Assembly: GCA_049296095.1 (NCBI GenBank)
Contig: JBAQRV010000001.1
Coordinates: 510,001-542,000 of the forward strand
DNA: 32,000 nucleotides
Origin: Candidatus Saccharimonadota bacterium
GTDB lineage: Bacteria > Patescibacteriota > Saccharimonadia > Saccharimonadales > Saccharimonadaceae
Direction: 5' to 3'
Made by a program: the position numbers and the translations under genes
In this document: in pieces, positions 7,616 to 14,078 of the stretch
How the letters are laid out: the number at the start of each line of letters is the position of its first letter
Position numbering within the stretch: the first letter of the stretch is position 1
The notes under the pieces: generated by a model
Told to the model about the DNA's origin: nothing
Databases searched by the model: none
The model's input: only the letters and a program-made list of their open reading frames with translations

Positions 7616-9112
7616 ATGACACAAAAAAATCCTATATTCAAAATCAATCCGACTAATCAGTCCCCGGGTGATCACGAAGAGAGCGCTTTCTATCAGAAGA
7701 CTCTAAAAGCCTTTGAAGACTTAGATTATTTTAAATCTCGACTTATCGGTCAAAGTCGTTTTTTACGTATAAACCCGGATCTGAAAAACGACATCTCTAA
7801 AGCGCTTGAATCAGACAATGATCAGGATATTGAGAACGTTCTTGAGCTTATTAATATTTCTCGCCATATTGACTCACCACAAAATGAAACTCCCTTTAAT
7901 AAAATTCTGGCGGCAATGAACCTCCAAGGTGAAATACTTTCCTTGTCACAAGAGGTGAAAGGAGTCGATGGTGATACAATGACGGTGGTTACGCTGGCAG
8001 ACTCCCTTTTTGAACGTATGAGTACCGAGCCAGATACAGAAGAACTTGAGAACTATTTTGATTCAGCGGTATTTATTTACAATCAGGTAAGACGAGTATC
8101 CGAAGATCTTAAGCAGACTGGTCGAGCGGGTGCAGATCAGATGACAAAATATGACTATATGAATAATCGTCTTATGGTTTACCTCACGGCGCTCAAGGAG
8201 CGTTTAGACATGAACGATTATCTTGGCTCTCTGCCAGAGAAAGACCCAGAGCCTATCACTCCTGAACAGGTTGCGTCTGATGACTTAGAGATTAAAGAGC
8301 TTTTTCAACAGGCTCGTGCAGCACAATCATATGGTGTAAAGCTGGGATACAAAGAGCAACTTTTCCGCCAAGGAAGCCTCTTATTCTTTCCTCCAAACAT
8401 AGGTATTGAAATGCTACAAAGCGCGACCGGTGAAATAATCGACGAATCTAACTCGCACAATCGTCGCATACATAAGGCAGCAAATCGCAGTCTCGCTGCT
8501 GTCATCGACTCGCCTAAGAAGTCCTATCACAAAGGAATTACTATGAAGGCGACGGTAAGTGACGATAACGATCTTAGCCTACAAACCAACGTCATTGAAC
8601 GCGCATCTTTCGAAATTCAGTCCGACGGTACATTAGCATCGGCGTATGGCGGACGCAATCTTGCTTTTGACGCGGCCAAACAAGGGAGCTATGGCTCTTT
8701 TCGAAAACTCCAGGCAGAAATACTCGCTAATTATATCGACCTTGTTTCGCCTCTAGAAATAACTAACACTCTCAATGGGGTCGAAGGCGCACCCGTATTG
8801 AATGGGGCACAAAGCGTAGAGACCAAAGACCCTGTAGACATTGTTCGTCAAATGCTAATTCGACGTATTAAGACGGCGAAAGAAATACCTTCAACAGACG
8901 AAAGTAGTGACGCCATACGAGAGGTGCGTCTTCACGGTGTAGTATGGCATATTCGCCAATTACCAAACGGCTGGAGTGCGTCACCTGATGCGCAAACTCT
9001 TGCCTATCAGGCGGGTATAGTGCTTCAACCAGGGGAAACGTTTGTCAGACCCCATAAGCGTGGATCGAAAAGGCTCGGTGAAGTAGTGGGTCATCAGCTA
9101 ATTAGTCGTTAA
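7616..9112 (+). CDS. hypothetical cytoplasmic protein, 498 aa, no recognisable domain
   Basis: Long uninterrupted ORF with a promoter-like element upstream. No signal peptide or transmembrane segment. Lower GC than its neighbours. Confidence 0.7.
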   Translation: MTQKNPIFKINPTNQSPGDHEESAFYQKTLKAFEDLDYFKSRLIGQSRFLRINPDLKNDISKALESDNDQDIENVLELINISRHIDSPQNETPFNKILAAMNLQGEILSLSQEVKGVDGDTMTVVTLADSLFERMSTEPDTEELENYFDSAVFIYNQVRRVSEDLKQTGRAGADQMTKYDYMNNRLMVYLTALKERLDMNDYLGSLPEKDPEPITPEQVASDDLEIKELFQQARAAQSYGVKLGYKEQLFRQGSLLFFPPNIGIEMLQSATGEIIDESNSHNRRIHKAANRSLAAVIDSPKKSYHKGITMKATVSDDNDLSLQTNVIERASFEIQSDGTLASAYGGRNLAFDAAKQGSYGSFRKLQAEILANYIDLVSPLEITNTLNGVEGAPVLNGAQSVETKDPVDIVRQMLIRRIKTAKEIPSTDESSDAIREVRLHGVVWHIRQLPNGWSASPDAQTLAYQAGIVLQPGETFVRPHKRGSKRLGEVVGHQLISR

Positions 9113-9327
9113 AAGCAGAAGGCTTGTGGCACCACCGAGCTTTTGCTCGACGAAGGACATGAGGCAAATAACTCCTCAGATCTGAATTGTCCCTGCACCA
9201 CAGTCATTGCATCCGCCCATGGCATCTGAGTATAGGCTCGCGAACCACACTCGTAACAGCGACCCGTCCTTCGTCTGTCTAGTTCTTTGACAGTTCTGTC
9301 GCTCGGAAAATAGGTACGATTTGCCAT
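9109..9327 (-). CDS. questionable 72-aa ORF
   Basis: ORF only, with no ribosome-binding site. It contains a single C-x-x-C. It overlaps the convergent stop of the 498-aa gene by 4 nt. Confidence 0.2.
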   Translation of the reverse strand: MANRTYFPSDRTVKELDRRRTGRCYECGSRAYTQMPWADAMTVVQGQFRSEELFASCPSSSKSSVVPQAFCF

Positions 9328-9332
9328 TTTGT

Positions 9333-9412
9333 GGGGTTAACGCACATGATCACTCTTAGTATGCGTTCTTGCAGGCACAAGGGATAACCGTTCGAATCCC
9401 GCCAACCCCCCA
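9333..9412 (+). other. tRNA-like element, probably a degenerate or chimeric tRNA
   Basis: GGGGTTA...CCGTTCGAATCCCGCCAACCCCCCA has a T-loop consensus, a 3' CCA and 6 of 7 acceptor pairs. The T-stem 5' strand, D-arm and 7-nt anticodon loop cannot be formed. Confidence 0.3.
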
Positions 9413-9466
9413 ATCAAGAAACAACCTCCTGTTACAGAGGTCGTTTTGACATAATTTCTTGGTACA
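9362..9466. repeat. Repeat unit copy 2, consisting of the tRNA-like 3' part, a bidirectional terminator and the last 7 nt of tRNA-Arg
   Basis: Aligns with 7391-7501 (see that entry). The hairpin ACCTC/GAGGT at 9424-9441 is followed by TTTT. Confidence 0.75.
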
Positions 9467-9536
9467 CCTGGCAGGATTCGAACCTACGACCTTCGGCTCC
9501 GCAAGCCGACGCTCTATCCAGCTGAGCTACAGGTGC
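9460..9536 (-). tRNA. tRNA-Arg(GCG), CCA encoded
   Basis: The reverse complement is GCACCTGTAGCTCAGCTGGATAGAGCGTCGGCTTGCGGAGCCGAAGGTCGTAGGTTCGAATCCTGCCAGGTGTACCA. It folds as a cloverleaf with anticodon loop TTGCGGA. Confidence 0.9.
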
Positions 9537-9547
9537 ATACGATATAA

Positions 9548-9570
9548 CCCGTTGTCTTAAGAACAACGGG
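9548..9570 (-). terminator. Hairpin between the membrane-protein gene and tRNA-Arg
   Basis: 8-bp stem CCCGTTGT/ACAACGGG with a 7-nt loop. The T-run is weak, so function is uncertain. Confidence 0.35.
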
Positions 9571-9657
9571 CGATATCTTTGTAACTAGAAGGTGCTTTCA
9601 TCTGTTTTGCAGACGAACAAAGGTCATTTTACCACAAGAGAGGCAGGAGTACCACTC

Positions 9658-10215
9658 CTAGAGGCGAAGCTTACGTACCACCACGTCAATGACATCAAGT
9701 TTGAGATCTTCCATCGGAAGGCGCTGACCAAGGATATCAACAATCTGCTCGCCGACTTCAGCAGGGAAGTAGACCGACACACCAGGTGCAAATCGTTTTA
9801 CAGGGATCAGCATGATCGAGTTATGATCGCCGTCTTTAATCAAACCAAAGGCCTTAAAATCATCAAAATGATAGAGTCTCTCACCAACATAAAGCCCTTG
9901 CTGACCACTCAGTGCATAGGTGAGGGTGCGAGGCGGGCGACGCGTATAGATGATCACCGCAACTGCCATCACAACAACCAATGCCGAGAAGGTCCATGAT
10001 TGCAGGAAAAATACATCTACCGATATCAACCCCAGTACGACAATCGCAAAAAGGACAAACCAGATCGGGCTTTTATCGAGATGGACGTATTCTTGGGCCG
10101 TCCAAGTAACCGGCTTATCCGCATTTTTTGCTGCAGACATATCAATAGCAGGAGCCGTATCATCTAACTCCTCGTGTTGATCTTGCCATTTATTCTGCTG
10201 CTGCTCGGGGTTCAT
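9658..10215 (-). CDS. hypothetical membrane protein with two transmembrane helices and a C-terminal soluble domain
   Basis: 185 aa from MNPEQQQ. Two adjacent hydrophobic helices (IWFVLFAIVVLGLISVDVFFL and FSALVVVMAVAVIIY). The longer ORF-track start at 10266 would include the promoter element. Confidence 0.7.
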   Translation of the reverse strand: MNPEQQQNKWQDQHEELDDTAPAIDMSAAKNADKPVTWTAQEYVHLDKSPIWFVLFAIVVLGLISVDVFFLQSWTFSALVVVMAVAVIIYTRRPPRTLTYALSGQQGLYVGERLYHFDDFKAFGLIKDGDHNSIMLIPVKRFAPGVSVYFPAEVGEQIVDILGQRLPMEDLKLDVIDVVVRKLRL

Positions 10216-10225
10216 AGGTAATTTC

Positions 10226-10234
10226 AGTATAGCA
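10226..10234 (-). promoter_or_regulatory. Extended -10 element TGcTATACT on the minus strand
   Basis: The reverse complement of 10226-10234 is TGCTATACT. It ends 10 nt before the ATG at 10215, implying a very short leader. Confidence 0.4.
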
Positions 10235-10261
10235 TGAGCACGACGAACATAAACTCGAGGA

Positions 10262-10293
10262 AACAAAATACGCGACCCTGTTAGAGAGTCGCG
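10262..10293 (-). terminator. Terminator downstream of tRNA-Ser(GCU)
   Basis: Stem CGCGAC/GTCGCG, followed on the minus strand by TATTTTGTTT. Confidence 0.55.
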
Positions 10294-10302
10294 AACTTTA
10301 CT

Positions 10303-10395
10303 TGGCGGAGGAGGAGAGATTCGAACTCTCGCTCCAGGTTTCCCCAGACTAATGATTTAGCAAACCATCCCCTTCAGCCACTTGGGTACTCCTCC
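10303..10395 (-). tRNA. tRNA-Ser(GCU), class II, CCA encoded
   Basis: The reverse complement is GGAGGAGTACCCAAGTGGCTGAAGGGGATGGTTTGCTAAATCAT...GAGAGTTCGAATCTCTCCTCCTCCGCCA. Anticodon loop TTGCTAA and a long variable arm. Confidence 0.9.
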
Positions 10396-10480
10396 GTGTA
10401 TTTTTTGCTCTTTACGGGCAAACGGCTTTGGCAATTGTAGCATAAAACAGATACAGCGACTAGCTTCTGGGTCATAAATT

Positions 10481-10489
10481 TGCTACAAT
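10481..10489 (+). promoter_or_regulatory. Extended -10 element TGcTACAAT
   Basis: Exact TGnTAnAAT about 35 nt upstream of the pilin-like gene. Ribosome-binding site GGAGAAGG. Confidence 0.4.
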
Positions 10490-10523
10490 AGTCATATAAT
10501 TATCTAATACTTTTGGAGAAGGT

Positions 10524-10934
10524 ATGAGAGAGGTAATCAAGCGCATACAACCAGCACTTTTCGCACTTCTAGTCATCGTGCTTGCTTCGGTTGCTTTAAG
10601 TGTTGATGCTTCAGCCTTCAGTATTCAAGAGGGTGTCAACGCTGCTCGTGGCACCAACCAGCCCGCTGACTTGTTTGGCGCGGGCGGGGTCATCACCATC
10701 CTTACCAATACGTTGCTATTTATTGTCGGTGCCCTTAGCGTTGTTATGATCATCATTGGTGGGTTACGGTACGTCGTATCCGGCGGCAACTCAACAGCGG
10801 TTACAGCAGCTAAGAATACAATCCTCTATGCCGTCGTTGGTCTCGTGATTGCCTTCCTCGCTTTTGCTGCCATTAACTTCGTTATGAACACTATCGCCCC
10901 TGGAACCGGGGGTGCGGGCTACACCAACGTATAA
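10524..10934 (+). CDS. VirB2/TrbC-like T4SS pilin-family protein (paralog 1 of 6)
   Basis: 136 aa with a signal peptide (..VDASA), a variable segment, then TM1, the loop IIGGLRYVVSGGNSTAVTAAKNTILYAVVGLV, and TM2. The core is shared with five minus-strand paralogs. Confidence 0.8.
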   Translation: MREVIKRIQPALFALLVIVLASVALSVDASAFSIQEGVNAARGTNQPADLFGAGGVITILTNTLLFIVGALSVVMIIIGGLRYVVSGGNSTAVTAAKNTILYAVVGLVIAFLAFAAINFVMNTIAPGTGGAGYTNV

Positions 10935-10935
10935 C

Positions 10936-10960
10936 AAAACCCCTCAGAACGAGGGGTTTT
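10936..10960. terminator. Bidirectional terminator
   Basis: Perfect 10-bp stem AAAACCCCTC/GAGGGGTTTT with a 5-nt loop. It serves the pilin gene on the plus strand and tRNA-Ser(UGA) on the minus strand. Confidence 0.7.
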
Positions 10961-10970
10961 ATAATTTCTA

Positions 10971-11058
10971 TGGCGGAGGGGGAGAGATTCGAACTCTCGG
11001 TGAGTTGCCCCACTCCGGTTTTCAAGACCGGTGCACTAAACCACTATGCGACCCCTCC
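10971..11058 (-). tRNA. tRNA-Ser(UGA), class II, CCA encoded
   Basis: The reverse complement is GGAGGGGTCGCATAGTGGTTTAGTGCACCGGTCTTGAAAACCGG...GAGAGTTCGAATCTCTCCCCCTCCGCCA. Anticodon loop CTTGAAA. Confidence 0.9.
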
Positions 11059-11098
11059 AAGGGATGTGGCTTGGGCTATTTTAACAGATGTAAGGCAT

Positions 11099-11785
11099 TC
11101 AGTCGAGAGGCTGACGCGCTAAAGCGGCTACCAAAATACGTTTTGCACCCGCCCGGGAAAGAAGCTGCGCAACCGCTTCAATCGTCGAACCCGTCGTCAC
11201 AACGTCATCAACAATCAAATAGATAGCCGTCGGATTAATACTCCCTTCGAGCCGAAAGGCAGATACTGCCTGTGCGAGCCGAACCGTACGTGTTGCCGAA
11301 TGCTGGGTTTTGCTATGGCGACGCTCCACTAAATGATGATCTACCCGAAGACGACGTCTATACCCAAGATGCTGCGCAATCAAGAGCGTATGATCATAGC
11401 CTCGCTCGCGTATATGCGACGGTGAGGTGGGTACTGGAATGATAATAATTCGGTCCGAGAGGGGAGGCAGGCGCGCATCGAGCAACTCTGCCAAGATGGA
11501 CGCGGAAGCCTTCATATTCTGGAACTTGTATCCTCCGATTAAACGTTGTAATACACCTTGACGTAAACCCACTATCCAGGTCTGAATATAGGCCGTCTGG
11601 TGACCAGGACAAATCCCTGCCTCTGAGGCCCTTTTGCACAGCAAACAACCATAAAATGGCTGGCTAATGATGTTGTATTTACAATCATCGCACAAAAGGC
11701 TACCAATTTTACCGCATCCTGAACAGAGGTGTGGAGCTACCACCGCTAGTACTGTGTCTATTATTGTGTTTTTTACGTTTCGCAT
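11099..11785 (-). CDS. comF: ComF-family protein (ComFC-like, phosphoribosyltransferase fold)
   Basis: 228 aa. N-terminal Cys4 zinc-finger pattern (CSGCG...CDDC...CLLC) and the PRT motif IYLIVDDVVTTGSTIE. Confidence 0.85.
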   Translation of the reverse strand: MRNVKNTIIDTVLAVVAPHLCSGCGKIGSLLCDDCKYNIISQPFYGCLLCKRASEAGICPGHQTAYIQTWIVGLRQGVLQRLIGGYKFQNMKASASILAELLDARLPPLSDRIIIIPVPTSPSHIRERGYDHTLLIAQHLGYRRRLRVDHHLVERRHSKTQHSATRTVRLAQAVSAFRLEGSINPTAIYLIVDDVVTTGSTIEAVAQLLSRAGAKRILVAALARQPLD

Positions 11786-11795
11786 GGTGAATCAG

Positions 11796-11824
11796 TTGCG
11801 CATACTGCATATGCCCGTTATAAT
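11796..11824 (+). promoter_or_regulatory. Promoter: TTGCGC, 17 nt spacer, TATAAT
   Basis: TTGCGC at 11796-11801 and TATAAT at 11819-11824, upstream of the hsp20 gene. Confidence 0.5.
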
Positions 11825-11870
11825 ACGAAAGACTATTTGTCAAATGAGCCTAGAGAAAGTGGAGGATATC

Positions 11871-12335
11871 ATGGCCCGCAAACAAAACGAAGATCTACTA
11901 ATTGAAGATGAGTTAGCTGCCGCTTTTTTGAGCGACGACGACCTATCAACGACTGACGCTCCGGCGCCAGCTGCGAATGACGACAACTGGGACGACAGTG
12001 AAGAAGAATTCCCTGGCCAACTAGCCGTTGATGTCTACGAAACTGACGACAAGTTAGTGGTGAAGGCACGTACAGCAGGCGTGAACAAGGAAGAACTAGA
12101 CGTTAGCATCAGCGACGGCATTCTTACTATCAGCGGTACCCTAAACAGCGGTGACGATACTGCTGCGACCAACTGGCACATCCAAGAATGTTATTGGGGT
12201 GAATTTAGCCGAACCCTCGCGTTGCCTGTCAGCGTGAAAGAGGATGAGGTTGAAGCCGTTCTAAAAGATGGCGTTCTAACCGTTACCTTCAACAAGATCA
12301 AACAAGAGCAAGCAAAGAAGATCCAAGTTCAATAA
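11871..12335 (+). CDS. Hsp20/alpha-crystallin small heat-shock protein
   Basis: 154 aa from MARKQNE, with ribosome-binding site GGAGGA 5 nt upstream. The alpha-crystallin domain reads DVYETDDKLVVKARTAGV.KEELDVSI.DGILTISG......F.R...LP..V....V.A.LKDGVLTV. The ORF-track start at 11667 is an upstream read-through. Confidence 0.9.
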   Translation: MARKQNEDLLIEDELAAAFLSDDDLSTTDAPAPAANDDNWDDSEEEFPGQLAVDVYETDDKLVVKARTAGVNKEELDVSISDGILTISGTLNSGDDTAATNWHIQECYWGEFSRTLALPVSVKEDEVEAVLKDGVLTVTFNKIKQEQAKKIQVQ

Positions 12336-12361
12336 TAGAACTTCTTTCTTATATAAAGATT

Positions 12362-12386
12362 ACCTCCCGAAAGGGAGGTTTTTCTT
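12362..12386 (+). terminator. Rho-independent terminator of hsp20
   Basis: ACCTCCC GAAA GGGAGGT followed by TTTTCTT. Confidence 0.7.
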
Positions 12387-12406
12387 AGCCAGTATATTTA
12401 CGCATT

Positions 12407-12438
12407 AAAAAATCCCGGCACGATGTCCGGGATTTTTT
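12407..12438. terminator. Bidirectional terminator at the end of the pilin array
   Basis: 12-bp stem AAAAAATCCCGG/CCGGGATTTTTT with an 8-nt loop. Confidence 0.7.
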
Positions 12439-12454
12439 ATATAGAATTGTCTTA

Positions 12455-12865
12455 TCAGGCAGGAGTGATCGCGCCAAGTACCCAGTTGACGATCGCAAAG
12501 GCCAAGAAGGCAACCACGAGACCGATCAAGGCATACATAATTGTGTTCTTTGCCGCAGTCACGTTACCACTGTCACCAGCAGACGTCGTGTAGCGAATAC
12601 CGCCGATGATCAACATGATCACGCTAATCGCACCGATGACGAACAGGAGCACGTTCACGATAGTGGTAAAGATTGAACCTTCACCAAACAATGTCTGTGG
12701 TGTGTTCCCTGTATTACTACAGTCAATACCGCCCTGGACACCAGCACTTGGGTCACATGTTTGGGCAGAAACGCTCGACGCAACAAGCGGACTAAAGACA
12801 GCCGCAAGCGCAAAAACAGATCCGAGAATCACATTTTTGAGCGCACTTTTTGTTAATTTATTCAT
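12455..12865 (-). CDS. VirB2/TrbC-like pilin-family protein (paralog 2)
   Basis: 136 aa. Signal peptide ..SSVSAQ, a Cys pair (TCDPSAGVQGGIDC), and the core IIGGIRYTTSAGDSGNVTAAKNTIMYALIGLVVAFLAF. Confidence 0.8.
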   Translation of the reverse strand: MNKLTKSALKNVILGSVFALAAVFSPLVASSVSAQTCDPSAGVQGGIDCSNTGNTPQTLFGEGSIFTTIVNVLLFVIGAISVIMLIIGGIRYTTSAGDSGNVTAAKNTIMYALIGLVVAFLAFAIVNWVLGAITPA

Positions 12866-12896
12866 TTATTATTTCCTTTCTTAGAATCTACCGTTA

Positions 12897-12905
12897 GTTA
12901 TAGCA
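12897..12905 (-). promoter_or_regulatory. Internal extended -10-like element TGcTATAAC
   Basis: The reverse complement of 12897-12905 lies in the 73-nt gap between pilin paralogs 3 and 2. Ribosome-binding site AAAGGAAA. Confidence 0.35.
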
Positions 12906-12938
12906 GATTAGCTGATATTTGTTAAGAGGTTATTCGCT

Positions 12939-13313
12939 TTACAAGAGGGTACCAACCACCCAGTTGACGATCGCAAAGGCCAAGAAGGCAACCACCAAGC
13001 CAATCACCGCATACAGAATTGTATTCTTTGCTTTCGTAACCGCCCCAGAATCTCCTGCTGACGTAGCGTACATGATGCCGCCGATAATAATCATGACGAC
13101 CGAGATGATACCAACGACGAATAATAAGACGTTGATAACATTGGTAATGAGGCTATCGACCGTTTCGTTCTGGTTCTGACAGATCGTTGAGTCTTGGTTT
13201 TGACACGACTCCTCAATAGGGTTAACTGCACCCACAGATGCCACGGGTACCAATAGAACACCCACGCCCACAACGAGCGCGAGTGACATAATAATTTGCT
13301 TTAATCGTTTCAT
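12939..13313 (-). CDS. VirB2/TrbC-like pilin-family protein (paralog 3)
   Basis: 124 aa. Signal peptide ..ASVGA, a Cys pair (ESCQNQDSTIC), and the core IIGGIMYATSAGDSGAVTKAKNTILYAVIGLVVAFLAF. Confidence 0.8.
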   Translation of the reverse strand: MKRLKQIIMSLALVVGVGVLLVPVASVGAVNPIEESCQNQDSTICQNQNETVDSLITNVINVLLFVVGIISVVMIIIGGIMYATSAGDSGAVTKAKNTILYAVIGLVVAFLAFAIVNWVVGTLL

Positions 13314-13316
13314 TGT

Positions 13317-13607
13317 TTAAAACCTCCCAATGACAAAATTCGTAATAACAAAGGCCGAGAAAATAACTACTAAACCGACAATAGAGTAGAGGATCATGTT
13401 TTTTGCCTTCGTCACAGCACCGCTCTCTCCGCTCGATGTTGCGTACATGATACCTGCCACGATAATCACAATTACCGCAATGATGCCTGCGACGAAGTAG
13501 GCGAGATTGAGACCATTTTGGAGAAGCTCATCGCCAGTAAGGGTGGGGATGTTAACGTCCGTTCCGGGCGTTAGCTTTTGTGCAAACTGTAAAAGGTAAT
13601 ACATCAT
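13317..13607 (-). CDS. pilin-family paralog 4, lacking an N-terminal signal peptide
   Basis: 96 aa with the core VAGIMYATSSGESGAVTKAKNMILYSIVGLVVIF. No hydrophobic or basic leader. It is tightly packed, with 4-nt and 3-nt gaps to its neighbours. Confidence 0.7.
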   Translation of the reverse strand: MMYYLLQFAQKLTPGTDVNIPTLTGDELLQNGLNLAYFVAGIIAVIVIIVAGIMYATSSGESGAVTKAKNMILYSIVGLVVIFSAFVITNFVIGRF

Positions 13608-13611
13608 AGCT

Positions 13612-14070
13612 CTATCCTAATACCCTAAAGATCAAATTCAAAATCCCAATCGAGCCAAGCGCAATCGCAAGTCCGATGGTCGAGTTAATGATAGTTGTCC
13701 GTGCCTTCTCGATAACACTTGGGTTACTGCCATTTGTTAGGAAGAGAAAACCACCATACAAGATAAAGAACAGCGCCACATATCCCGCAATAATCATGCC
13801 CATTTCGATCACATTGAGGGCGATTTTCCAGATGAAGGCCGCCAGGCCACCCTCAACGTCCGCAGGAGATACAACCGCACAATTACCCGCACCATCCTTA
13901 ATGGCGAGACCACGAAACCAGACAGGCAGACCAAGAAGGGCGCGACTCTCACAATCAGGGGCAGGGGTGAATGCCGCATAAGTCGAGGCTGGTGTCGCAA
14001 TAACAGTAATAGGCGCGGCGGCAAAAACAGCAAAGGCGAGTGCGGTGAATAAAGTCTTTAATCGTTTCAT
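13612..14070 (-). CDS. divergent pilin-family paralog 5
   Basis: 152 aa. Signal peptide ..ASTYA, a Cys pair (PDC...GNC), and the core LYGGFLFLTNGSNPSVIEKARTTIINSTIGLAIAL. Confidence 0.7.
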   Translation of the reverse strand: MKRLKTLFTALAFAVFAAAPITVIATPASTYAAFTPAPDCESRALLGLPVWFRGLAIKDGAGNCAVVSPADVEGGLAAFIWKIALNVIEMGMIIAGYVALFFILYGGFLFLTNGSNPSVIEKARTTIINSTIGLAIALGSIGILNLIFRVLG

Positions 14071-14078
14071 ATCATTCC

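Noticed and set aside
7616-7640. A7 homopolymer at codons 3-5 of the 498-aa gene (also A7 at 16923-16929) as a phase-variation tract
   Set aside because: Seven-base tracts are too short to argue for slipped-strand switching without population data.
6972-9470. Possible CRISPR array suggested by the repeated sequences
   Set aside because: There are only two or three copies, 45-140 nt long and about 0.5 and 1.9 kb apart. They are diverged, they contain a terminator hairpin and tRNA ends, and no cas genes are present.
7000-9540. Integrase, transposase or IS element expected from the repeat structure
   Set aside because: No ORF on either strand shows recombinase motifs, and the only ORFs are the RHH, the 498-aa orphan and a doubtful 72-aa ORF. 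The region is therefore reported as a repeat-bounded islet, not as a mobile element.
9592-9999. 135-aa plus-strand ORF
   Set aside because: It is antisense to the two-TM membrane protein gene 9658..10215. It has no ribosome-binding site and begins within the region downstream of tRNA-Arg.
11667-11870. Long N-terminal extension of the hsp20 ORF (start at 11667)
   Set aside because: It overlaps the comF 5' end on the other strand and the TTGCGC-17-TATAAT promoter. A GGAGGA ribosome-binding site sits 5 nt before the ATG at 11871.
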